A DNA stretch of 64,000 nucleotides from Hyaloraphidium curvatum SAG 235-1 (Eukaryota > Fungi > Monoblepharomycota). Below are positions 45,941 to 56,948 of this stretch, piece by piece. The notes beneath the pieces were generated by a model, which was not told where the DNA came from, did not search any database, and was given only the letters and a program-made list of their open reading frames with translations. The number at the start of each line of letters is the position of its first letter. The stretch's first letter is position 1. The translations under genes and the position numbers were made by a program. Location: contig JAIVFI010000008.1 of NCBI GenBank assembly GCA_025558095.1, forward strand, positions 186,001 to 250,000. Direction: 5' to 3'.

Positions 45941-47557
45941 TCATGCTTGTTTTCGTGGCCGAAAACGACCAAAGAGCTTTCCTCCGGCGACCTTCATTGT
46001 CGCAGCGTAGGACGCTCCCGCGTAGCTGAGAAAGTGCTCTTCGGAAAGACGTCCGTCACTCCATCCCTCGCAGTCAAAGTTCAGGATAAGGTTGGCGAGA
46101 GCGAGCCTCATCTGCATTCGAGCCAGCGAGCTGCCGATGCAGTTCCTGGATCCGAATGAAAATGCGGCGAGCCTGCGCCTCACATCTGGGGCAACTGGGT
46201 CGAGCCAATCCTTCCGACCGCCCTGCTCAAGAGGCATGAAGCGCTCCGGCCGAAACTCGTCCACATCGGGGCCCCAGAACTCGATGTCTGTCGACAACCC
46301 CGGGGCAGACACCGTCAGTAAAGTGTTGGCCGGCACGGTGTACTGGGTGCCGCCATGTGTCAGCACGAGATCGTTTGCGCAGGTTCGGGCCGTAAAGGCC
46401 GCAATGGGTCGCAGTCGGAGAGTCTCAACAATCACGGCATTAAGGTACGGCAGGTCTCGGAGGGCAGCGTGATCGAGATAGTGGTCCGAACCGGTGGCTT
46501 CACGAGCTTTTGCCCAGGCTGCATCGACCTCAGCTTGGAGACGTTTCCATGCCCGAGCACCTTCCGATATGAGAAACCCAGAGGCAAACGCCAAAGCCGC
46601 CGATGTCGTCTCGTTCCCGGCGATGAGGAAAAGCGCCGCTTCCGTGACCACCTCCCGGTCAGTGAGCTTGGTTCCGGTGTCATCGTCCGTTGAATCCACC
46701 AATGCTTGGAGTAAATCAGCCCGCTGCGTCGCGTTGGGTCCCGCCGAACGACGTATTGCCACCACACGTTCCGCAAAGCTCTGCACCCGTTCAAGCGCGA
46801 CTCGGCCCTCCTTGACGTAGGGGATCCAGGAAATAAGCCCGAGGGGAATACCGAGGAGACTCAATCCTGCACGCAGTCCGGCGAACTGGAGCGCCTGAGC
46901 GACGGACCTGCGAATGCGGGGAGGAGAAAGAGGATCTGCATCCGCGACAGACTTCTGCAAAGGAGCCAAAAGCGTGTGCGGATGCATGTCGAAAGCAAGA
47001 TCGAGGATGACATCCAGCGTCAAGGCCTCGAAGACTTCGACGAGCTCTACGGGATGGTCGCCCTTGTCGCCAATATCAAGAGCAATCCTCTGCAGAAGCT
47101 CCCGAATATGAGATTCGACTAGACGCTCCACTCTCTCCAGCGTCGACGGAGCGAACGCGGGGAAAACCAGGCGCCGCCGCTTTCGGTGCAACCCCGCGGC
47201 CTTGTCCGCGTTCTCGAACGTGAGGACAGAATCAACATCGTCGAACGGCATTCTCATCATCTTGTAAATGAAACTCGGTTTCGGAAGATCGAGTCTAACG
47301 GTGACAACTTCTGCCAGCGCAGGATCGGACACCAGCAGCTCGGTCGGCCGTATGCGAGCGAGTCCTCCGTAACGCCGGCTCAGTTGTACGATGTACGGCA
47401 CGTGGTGCCCGCTCAAGAAGAAAGCCAGGTGGGGAACCCCAGTGAAGATGGAGTAGAACGCTCCTGGCACGCGTGCCAACGGCGACGAGAGAGATTTGGC
47501 GACGTGCGCGATGCACATCGCGACCACAAGCGCCAGCAGGATTGTGAAGGCGTCCAT
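45941..47557 (-). CDS. Cytochrome P450, intronless
   Basis: N-terminal TM anchor; I-helix AGNETT; ETLR; FRPERF; heme motif FSFGSRNCIG. Confidence 0.95.
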   Translation of the reverse strand: MDAFTILLALVVAMCIAHVAKSLSSPLARVPGAFYSIFTGVPHLAFFLSGHHVPYIVQLSRRYGGLARIRPTELLVSDPALAEVVTVRLDLPKPSFIYKMMRMPFDDVDSVLTFENADKAAGLHRKRRRLVFPAFAPSTLERVERLVESHIRELLQRIALDIGDKGDHPVELVEVFEALTLDVILDLAFDMHPHTLLAPLQKSVADADPLSPPRIRRSVAQALQFAGLRAGLSLLGIPLGLISWIPYVKEGRVALERVQSFAERVVAIRRSAGPNATQRADLLQALVDSTDDDTGTKLTDREVVTEAALFLIAGNETTSAALAFASGFLISEGARAWKRLQAEVDAAWAKAREATGSDHYLDHAALRDLPYLNAVIVETLRLRPIAAFTARTCANDLVLTHGGTQYTVPANTLLTVSAPGLSTDIEFWGPDVDEFRPERFMPLEQGGRKDWLDPVAPDVRRRLAAFSFGSRNCIGSSLARMQMRLALANLILNFDCEGWSDGRLSEEHFLSYAGASYAATMKVAGGKLFGRFRPRKQA

Positions 47558-47684
47558 GCTGAAGCGCGCGGAGGAACCGGAGAAGGTCGATTGGTTGTGC
47601 AGCCCGTGGACGACGACCCGAACATCTCATCAGCGTCAAATCAAGCACTCTCGTTTAAGACAGCAGAGAAAAGAGAAGCCAAGT

Positions 47685-50115
47685 TCAAGCATCATCCACC
47701 ACCTCCTCCAGCAGCGGATCTTCGGCCGCCGGCATTTTGGACACCAGCTTCCACTCCATCCCAACCACGGCCGCCGCCTCGCCCTCCAGCGTCCTCTTCA
47801 TCAGCTGCACCGCCGACACCATGTTTGTCCACCCGTTGCTCGCGTTCTTCCTGATGTAGTCCATGCACCGCTCGAGGTCGTGCACGATGCCGAGCTGGTC
47901 GCGCTCGAAAGCTTCCCGGGCCACCTCGAGCGTTGTGGGATCGTCCGCGACGGCCTTGAAGAGGCAGCGCACCGAAAGCACGTGGATCCACGAGGCGTGT
48001 AGAACGACGTAGGGGATCGTGCTCAGCCGAATCAGGCCCTGGGCGGGGTGGTCGAGGGCGCCGGTGACGATGCGGGTGATCGTGATCGCCGAGGCGATGC
48101 TGTCCGCAAAGTCCGTCGAAACGAGCCACGCGGCCGGCGGCTCGGTAAAAGGTGGGGGACTAATCAGCTGCAGGGTAAGGGCATCAATCCCGATCTGTAG
48201 GAAGAGAAATGTTAGGCGCCAGCGTACCAATTCCCGGCAAGAAATCATCCTCACCACTGTGCCAATTGTACGCTCGACCTCCCCATACGGCAGCGCTTCC
48301 TGCACGAACGCGTATCCGTCCAAAGCCGTATAGGCGCACTCGGCAAGTTTTGCCGGGATCAGCTTGCGGCAATCCTCCAGCAGCCCGAGGATGTGCTCGC
48401 GCCTCTGCCTGCCGAGCTCGACCAGCGGGCTCCACGGTTCGGCGACCCCGAGAGTGTAGGCCAAATCCAGCGAGTTCTGCTTCAACCTGGACGGAAGGTG
48501 CGGTGTTGGTCGCGTCCGACGTCCCACGGAGTCGCTCTTACCAGTCCTGTAGGCGCGCAATCTCGCCAATGATGTGAGAAAGCATGAAGGTGAGCACCGA
48601 CGTCCAACGGATCGTCCTCTGTGCCCGCAGCTTCTCCAAAGCGGCGTTCCTCTCCTCGCTGCCCTGCGGGAGCATCGTCCAGGCCACAATGTCGGCGGCG
48701 CAGAGGCGCTCCATCGGCACGCGGCCGTCCAGGTCGCTATCGTCCGGGTTCACGGAGAGGAAGACGTCGGAATCCATGGGGACTTCGAGGTCCAGCCATT
48801 GGAAAGGATCCAGCGTGGCCCGTGTGCCTGTGGATTGCGAAAGGGTGGCGTCAAGCGCAAACGCCTCTTGCCCTGTCATCGTGGCGGCACACTAAGATAA
48901 GTGCCTCAAGAAAAAGCCGCCCAACTTACACCAGCACAAAAGGATGGTCTGCCTCACGAGCCATTCGCGCGGTCCCATGAGGCCCGACTCGCCGCCGCTC
49001 CCCGCCTTCTGGATCCCCAGGCGGGTGCCCACGCGGATGAGCTCTTCGTGGAACCGGCGTGCCGCGCCGATGCCGACCGATCTCCAGGAGCCGTAGATGC
49101 CGAGGACGAGACATTGCATGTAAGCCGCGCCGACCTCGTAATCGGGGGGAAACTCGTTCCAAAACCGCTGGCGGAGGGCCACCATGTTCCGCCACGCAGT
49201 GGCCTGCAGGACGCGGGTGATTCTCGCATCCACCGTGCCGTCAAACACTGCTCCCTGCCACATGACGAAGGAAACGATGGCCCTGTCTGGGCTGGTCCTC
49301 AAAGAAGCAAGGAACGACGGCCGATGTAGAGTAACGCCAGTCACCCTTTGGAAAAAGGTCCTGAAGAAGGCCGAAATGAGCCAGTTGATGGAGCTGGAAT
49401 CCAAAGACGGGGGGAAGGCGAGTGGGTCTGTGGGGCGAGTGCCGAGGGGCGAAACACCGGCGCGGGACGCCGCCGATGTAACTGCACTGGTGGCTGCGAC
49501 CGGTACCAATGGTCCGGCGAATGACTGCGAATGCAGCGAGGCCCTGGATGATGAGGAGCTGCCCTCTTTCTCATCGGGCGTGTCTGATGACGAGGTGGCG
49601 GACGGCGAATGTGCCCCGCGAGGGCTGTCCTCGTCCTCCTGCTTGATCTTGACCCTCGGCGATCGGGCGACCCTGGGGCCCAGGTCAGACCCAGGCCTGT
49701 TCCGTGGTCGCACTGTCCCCGCCGGCGGGCGCTTGCCGAGAACCCGATCCCGATAGCCGCACTCAATCCCGCGCTCCTGGCAGCGGTCGCACGACGGGCG
49801 CTGGCCGTTGCATCGCCGCCGGCCGGCCTTGCAGGCGACACACGCCGTCTTTTCGAGCCGGAGGGACGTCGAACCCGCCGCGGCGGCGAGATCCTCGTAG
49901 TCCTCCGGGGAATCGGCCAGCGGCGGCGACGGGCCCGCCCGGGGGTCCCCATGCCACGGCCACGCGTCCGTCGGGAACGCACACAGGAAACCGTGCTTCA
50001 CGCAGCGTGCGCAGCCGCTCTGCACTCGATCGCAGGATTGTCGGCGAAGGTTACAGGGCCAACATGCCCGAGTCGGTGAGGGTCCCGCCGGCACGGCCTC
50101 GCCGCGCTCGGCCAT
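47685..50115 (-). CDS. Zn(II)2Cys6 transcription factor with two zinc clusters, multi-exon
   Basis: CWPCNLRRQSCDRVQSGCARCVKHGFLC and CVACKAGRRRCNGQRPSCDRCQERGIEC; LHRPSFL middle region; start codon uncertain. Confidence 0.85.
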
Positions 50116-50316
50116 CGCCCGGACCGTAAGCTCGGTGGCCGATACGACGCGGCGCGGCCTCTGTCCGAGAGGAACCCGGCGAGCGAGATCTTGTGGCGGG
50201 GCGGGTCCAATCGATTTTGCGGGCGGCCGCCGCACCTGGATCACCGGATCGCCCGATTCGTACCTGGTCATCGGTTGACATCGGGGAAACTTTACATGCA
50301 GCTGCATCGAGACCAA

Positions 50317-51570
50317 CTACACGACCTTGCCCTTGTCCGGCACGTCCGTCTCGCTCTTGAGCACGTCGAATGCGTTGGGTGCCTCTGGATTCAGCCGAAT
50401 CTGCTGCCTCCGCAACCGCTCCTCGACCGCGTCCGGTACGTCCGTCGTCGTCAGAACAGCTTCCGGATCCTTCGCGAGCGCGTCTTCCACTAAGAAAGTA
50501 GGTTTCCGGGGCCGTCAGCATCAAAAGAAGGCGAAAGGCGACGTCTCTCACCAGCCACGGTCCCTTGGTCGGCCTGCACATCCAGCCCGTGGCGCTTCAA
50601 TCTGTCTGCAAGAGTATCAACATCCTTGTCGGCTGCTCGGAAGGGAACAGATCTAAGTTGTCCGGCCGTCGGTTGCTCCATTCGACGATCTACCTTCGTC
50701 CGACGCCTTGGACAATCCGACTGCCTCGGCGATTGTTTCGCCAACGCTCGCTAGCAGTGCCTTCGCATCGGTAACGAGTGCCATGGCGGGGTGACCGGGG
50801 TGCTCGTGCCATTCTGGATCGAAGGAGGAAGATCAGACAGATCATCCCGGATGATTGGCCGTGCCAAACCTACCGCGTTCCGCCTTTTCCTGCGCGCGCT
50901 CGGCAACCACCTCGATGGTCTCCTCGACCGCTGTAATGGCGTGCTCTGCCGTTTCCACGACCGCGTGCGCAGCGCCCTCGAGGCCTCCCGCGATCGCGCT
51001 CCCGGCCTCCCCGGCCCGCTCGGCAACCACATGGGCAGCGCTCTGAGCCGTCTCCATGGCGGCTTCGCCGGCCCTGGATACCACATGGACGGTTTCGGAC
51101 GCCACCTCGGCCGCCTTCCTTCCCGCGTCCTCGGCAGCCGAGGAAACGGCCGAGGCGACGCCGGCGGCCTTGTCTTCCGCAGCGGCGACCTGCTCCTTGC
51201 CGATCTTCACCGCCTGGTTGCCAATCTCCGTGGCGCTGACCGCCGCTTCGTGAGCCTTGTGCTCGGCGTCGGAGACCATCCGCTCCGCCTCTGCCCTCGC
51301 CTCGCCGGGGCGTCTGCCTCCCTGCTGCTCCACAGCTGGGGCCTCTTTCTTGTTGTTGAGTGCATCGTCGTGCTTCTTGGCCGGCTGCACGGCGACCTCA
51401 GCCCAGGAAGGCGCGTCCTTGCCCCCGGGCTTCGCGGCGTCGGCGGACCGAGTGCCGGCGGGCGTGACCTCGGCCTGCTCCTCCGTGAAAGCCTTTTCAA
51501 TCTGCTCCTTGACGGTGGCCTGCATGGGGTCGGCCGTGACCTGCAGCGGGGGGAAGTCGGACTTGTTCAT
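50317..51570 (-). CDS. Ala/Glu-rich LEA/hydrophilin-like protein, multi-exon
   Basis: MNKSDFPPL...; repetitive amphipathic AAE/AAH runs; splices to a last exon VEDALAKDPEAVL...DKGKVV then stop. Confidence 0.6.
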
Positions 51571-51785
51571 GTTGCTAGTTGTTTGCGACACGTCAGCGCG
51601 GGCGGCACGAAGCCGGAAGCCGCAAGGACGCGCAGAGTCGCACACAAAGTTGTGAGAAGGCGAAGCGGGTACATTTCGACGATGAAAGAAGCAAGATGCA
51701 TATTCTATTTCATCTTTTGCAGAAGAGTTGGACTCAGGTCGAGCTTTGGAGACAAAGTCAATAATGACAATCAATCGAAGCAAGT

Positions 51786-54700
51786 TCAATCGGATGTGCT
51801 GGTTCCAACGTCGCACTACGCAGGGAGCATTAGAGAAAAAGATGCGAAAGCCATAAGAAACAACCTTGCCGACTGTCATCTCGTCGCGCAGCCGGGTCAG
51901 CTCCATCAAGTCGCCCCTGAGCCTCGCGATTTCCCGCTCCTTGATCTCCAACCGCCTTGAGAAGGCCCGCCGGAGGTCCTCCCAGGTCCGCAGCTCGTCG
52001 GCATCCCACCCCTTCGCCAGCGCCGCCTCGAGCTCGTCGATGCGGGCCTGCATCGCGGCGCAGGTCTGCAGTGCACCACGGCGCTCGGCTTCCAGGTCTG
52101 CCAGGCGCAGCGAGACCCTGTCAAACTCCTTGGTAATGCTGTCGAGCTCGCGCTGCCGATGGGCGTCCATGCGGTCCCGGATGGCGAGCTGCGACTTGAA
52201 CTTCGCAATGACTGTCGCAGCATCGTCGTTGAGGAAAGGCGGCTGCGCCTGGGTCGGAGAGACAGGAGCCGAGGATGATTGTGCGGCATAGGTGATTGGG
52301 CTGGTGGTCGAAGACGACGACTTGGCTCCCGGGGCCGAAACCAAGGAGTCGGCGCTTCCAGTGCCGCGGTACGTTCTAGGCAGCAAAGATTCCTGCGACG
52401 GAGCAAGCAGGTGAAGCGAGCCTGCTACCGATGCCACCGTAGGCTGCTCGACGCGGAAGGCGGTGCCGGCCACGTCGCTCACTGAGATGGCGACGGCTTC
52501 CGGCGAGCAGAGTTCCGAAGAGGCGGCTGATCCCAAGGATGACTGGGAGCGAACTTCTTGCGCCGTTCTCTGTTGGACCGCCTCGTGCAACCGTGCTTCC
52601 GCGTCCGCAATGCGTGCTGAGTACTGGATGGTCCGGATGCGCAGCTTTGTTTCCGACTCTGCAAGCTGATCTTGAAGCACGCGAACCTGGTCACGGAATT
52701 CGGCGGCCCGATCCGTAACCTGATCCCGCTCCTGTTCCAGCTCGACCAATCGCTGCCGAATCTGGTTGGCTTCCGCCGTTGCGCTTTCCTTGGCACGGAC
52801 GACGATATCCTCCTTTTCGAGCAGGTTCGCCCGAAGCTCCTCGATCATGCCCTGCAGCCTCGCGTTCTCGGCAGCCAGCTCCCGGGGATGCTGACCCTCG
52901 GTCGGGCCAATGTCCAGCCCGGGTTGCGCGGTGAATGTCAGCTCTTCGACGCGTTCTGCAGCGCTGGTCCCAGTTCTCGGCCTGCGGGAGAGCGAACGCT
53001 TCCACTCCTGTCCGGGTTCGACTTGATCGATCGTCGGCACGGCACCCGAGATCGTTGGCAGCGTCGGCTGCCGTTCTGGGGTGGACATCTGCACACGCCG
53101 CCGTGGCGAGGATCTCGGAGACTTCGAAGAGTCGGGAGGCGCGCTGGCATCAGCCATGCCGGCAAACCGACGAACCCATGACGACAGAGAAAAGGTGTCC
53201 TGCGGTTGATCGGACTCTTCCTCGTCCTCGGGCCCTTCGCGGAATCTGCCGAGGCACTCCTCGAGCTGCTCCTCGGTCTGCTCCAGGATCTGCTCGAGCT
53301 CTTCATGTCGGGCTTTCCACTTGTCCCGCTCGACAACTTGGGCGTCCAGCTCTGCCCTCAGCCACCCCATTTCCATGATCAGGTCGACCTTCTGCCGGTT
53401 TCTCTCCGAAAGCTCCTTTCGAGTGTCCTGGAGCTGAGCACTGAGTACGACAAACGCCATCTTGTCAGAGCCGGTAGTTTCCTCCGCTGAAGATCCTTTC
53501 CGCAGAACCCGGTTCGCGTTTTGGACCTTTTGGACTGCGTCCTGGAAGCGCGCTTTCCCCACAGAGACAGCCGAAGAGGAGCTGCGGGAAAGCTGCTGGT
53601 CCTTGTTCTCTTCGTCCGCAGAATCTGCGTCGCGGACAAGGTGCTCGGCGTCCCGGAGCCGCTGCTGCAAAGCCATCACATCAGCATGTGCCCGGGAAAA
53701 CTCCCGTCGTGCTTCGGCGATCTGGTTGTCCTTCTGCATGCACTGCCGCACGGATTCCTTCAGGATCTTGCGAGTGCGATGGATCTCCACCTGAAGCTTC
53801 ATGATGATCTCGTCGCGCTCGGGCACCTTGAGCGCCCGTTCGCGGAGCACTGCACCGATGTGCTTGAGAGACAGAGCCTGCATGTTCATCAGCCTGGATG
53901 TCGACTATTGAGCGCATCAGTATACGGACAAGAGCAGGCGAGCAGACCCGCCTACCTTGTACAAACGCGAGACGAGCTCCGAGACGCGTGCCCGAGAGAG
54001 AGCGACTTCGTTCTCCGCCAATGCTGACTCCTTGCCGAGACCTTGCCGAGCATGCAGCCGCGCAATCTCAGCCGCCGCGTGCAGAAGCCTGTGAGGCAAT
54101 TAGATTCTGCAATCCACTCAACACGAATCACCGTACTTCTTTTCCTTCGCGAGAGACCCGTGGTCAGCTTTACAGGCCGCCTCCAAGTCCCTGATTTCGG
54201 AGCGTAGCTTGGCGAGCTCGCTGGCATCAAGTGCCCGGAAAGCGGCGGACTCGGCAAAGGCGCCGGCGACGACGGAATCGATCCGTTTGATCGTGAGGGC
54301 GTACGCAGAGTCCCTAGTAGTCTCAGGGTCTGCGACTCCAGCAGGTTGCGCGGCAGGCGGGGAATCAAGGTTGGGGGGTGACGCCTGCTCAGGGCCAATT
54401 GCGAGTGTAGTCCCGATCGAAGGGGAACTGTCAAAGGCGACCACCGCGCCCGGAATCCGACTTGCAATGGCTGCTTTGGGATCCAGAGATGGGCTCGACG
54501 GCTTGTCCGAAGTGCCGATGAGAAGGTGAGGCCGGAGTCCGCCGTCGAACGTGTTTCCCGCTCTTGACTGTGCCGGCTTCGCGACGGTCGACACCGATTC
54601 GAGGCTTCCTTTACCATATTTCGAAGCGGGCTCAAGAGAACTCGAAAGTCCAAAAGACCTTGCGCTTGCGGCAGCTTCCAACTCCGAGAGTAGTTGTGTG

Positions 54701-55011
54701 ATTGGCCTGGGCTCGCCGATCGAAGGAAGCGGGGGCAGGGAGGTTTGGGGCATAGACGCGGGCCACAAAATGCGCTGGCCCTTTTCAAAGGGCTCCGGAG
54801 AACGGCCAAGTTCCGAGCTCGCGGAGAGTTTCCCAACCACCGCGTCCTCTGACGCGTTGCGGGCGGAGTTTGGTGCACCAACTGGCACGGCCCCCGCAGC
54901 GTCGCGTCTACCCGACATCGTAGATTTGCGACTCGATGTAGAACGGGAGGTGGTGCTTTCGTGTTCGCTTGCTCGGGCAGCCTCACCGAGCAGTCCGAAG
55001 CGACGCGTCAA
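51786..55011 (-). CDS. Large coiled-coil protein of unknown function; further 5' exons may lie up to about 56.3 kb
   Basis: Heptad-rich E/Q/R/L segments in the 50842-53889 and 54118-55011 frames; last intron near 51821-51863 gives CDVGTSTSD then stop at 51786. Confidence 0.65.
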
Positions 55012-56716
55012 CAGAGGTCCAGGGAGCTAAACCGTGCCACAAAGACTGCACATCGCAGGCACAACGGCTTCGGTTGATATCGGCTGGGCCAAGAGACGGC
55101 AATGTAGAAAGAAAGCTGGTCGGAGCACGCGGAATTGTGGGGGGCTCGAGCCCTTTTTGAGGCTCTAGTACCATGTACAGACCAAACCAAAATCCCAAGG
55201 TTTTGATCCCGGGGAGGGAAGGAAGAAGGAGAGAAGAAGGGAAAAGGGAAAGGAAGAAGAAAAGAAGAGGAGGGAGGGAGAAGGAACCGGGAACAGAGAG
55301 AAGAGGCGTACGATCGTCATGTATCTTTCAATCTTCACGACTCGTTTCCGCGACCTCGTTTTCCTCGATCGCCTTCTGCGGAGCCATGCTATAGTCAAAC
55401 ATTATGCGTGGCCATCCTCCATGGCGGTCCTGCGCGTTGGAGACACGCTCGGGAACACCGCTTTCGAGAAAGGTCCTGCACCGCTCCCTTCCCTTCCTCT
55501 TCTTGGCGGTGGCGTGAGCGCTGACGAGATCCAATTGCACTTGAAAACGACTTTGAGGTGCGCGCCGCGATTCGCTGCCTTCGCTGGTCGCGCTACGGCC
55601 AATTCATGGTCGGAGACCGCAAACGCTCCTTGCTTGGTCCCCCGCGAAGTGCGCCCTGGGCGGTTCTGCGGCACGATCTCGGGGAAGGCGGTCGAAGTCC
55701 TCAGATGGGTTGGTTCCCCATCGTGCAGGCCCCCATTAACGACGAATGATGCCCTGTGATATCAGCAAATGATTCGCGGCACGATGCGCTGCAGCGAGAG
55801 TACGTCAATGGGTTGATCGAGTTGAGACCTTACCTGCTGGGCGCCAGGGTCGCAGCACAGCAAAGGTGGCCCTGTTTCCAAGCAAGGAGCAAGCAGTACG
55901 TTAGCTGAGCTGCCTATGCTGCGACGGAAGGTGCACATTTGTGATGCGATCGCTGGCAAAAGCAGAGGATTGAGGTCGCGAGCGCCAGTGGGAGCGCCGG
56001 CGACGCCGCTTGAGGCTCCCTCCCCAGAAGTGTCCCGACTCGACAGATCAATGGTAGAGCCCGCCCACACTTTAACGCCGGGACCGGCTTCGCCGCCGAC
56101 GCGCCCTTAAGATGTAGATTTCGGGGTGGCAGGCTGCGAAAGGGCAGATAGCCCGCCCGAGGCCACAGTCAAGGCCGAGCGGAGGTCCAAGATTCCTCGC
56201 TGTCCGCCCGAGCGGCCCTCGCGGTGTCGATGATCCGCGCCAACGCCAGAAGAGGCCCTCGAGGTCAGCCAGCGAGCGGGGCCGTCCCTGCCTCGTTCTG
56301 GCCTTCTTCGGCCTAATCATGCCGTCCATCGGCGGCAGACGGCTTGCCACCATGCAGAGCCCAAGTGGGCGCGGCGAATATGACGTCCTTTCAGAGTCGG
56401 TTCCGCGGAAGGAAGAAGGGTGTCCACTTCACGAGGCGACGTCCCAAAGCCGCCCAGGAACCGAGCTTATAGCACCCAGCGCCAAGATTATCTCTTTCTT
56501 TTGCCGTTTTGCGAGGATAATCGCGGGATTGGCGGGGCATCGAGGCGCGATACGCGCGCTTCGGATCCCGCGCTTCCGAAAACGCGTCGACGGGGGCCTT
56601 CCTGGCGACCAAGGGGCCCGGGAAACTCCAATCCGGCTGCGAAGACGTTCTTCATGCTGTGGGGCCCGGCGGCGGTGGTCTGGCACCTCGTGTTTTGATC
56701 CCTGACTCGGTTGAAA

Positions 56717-56785
56717 TTGATTGGGAGTTAACCCAGTTGAGTGGGAGTTAAGTCCGCACGGTACCCGTTAGTTGACTGGGAGTTA
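56717..56785. repeat. Three copies of a 14-bp motif TTGA-N-TGGGAGTTA
   Basis: ttgattgggagtta 56717-56730, ttgagtgggagtta 56737-56750, ttgactgggagtta 56772-56785. Confidence 0.85.
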
Positions 56786-56948
56786 TAGCCGGTCTGTTTA
56801 TCGTGCGACTCCCCCTTTGATCAACAACCGATGATCACCCGCGAACAGGCACGATCTGCGTCGCGGAGAAGAGTAGAAGATGCTCTCATGATGTATCAGC
56901 ACTTAGGAAAGATATACAGAGTGCTCGGTATAGGATGAAATGAGAAAC

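Noticed and set aside
41183-50115. Secondary-metabolite gene cluster (oxidase, P450, TF)
   Set aside because: No backbone synthase (PKS, NRPS or terpene synthase) in the window, and a glycolytic gene is interspersed
50842-53889. 1015-aa ORF as a single protein
   Set aside because: It reads through an intron, a 3' UTR and an intergenic stretch. It is better explained as the coiled-coil gene ending at 51786 plus a separate gene starting at 51570.
56717-56785. CRISPR array
   Set aside because: 14-bp units with 6- and 21-nt spacers, no cas genes, eukaryotic context
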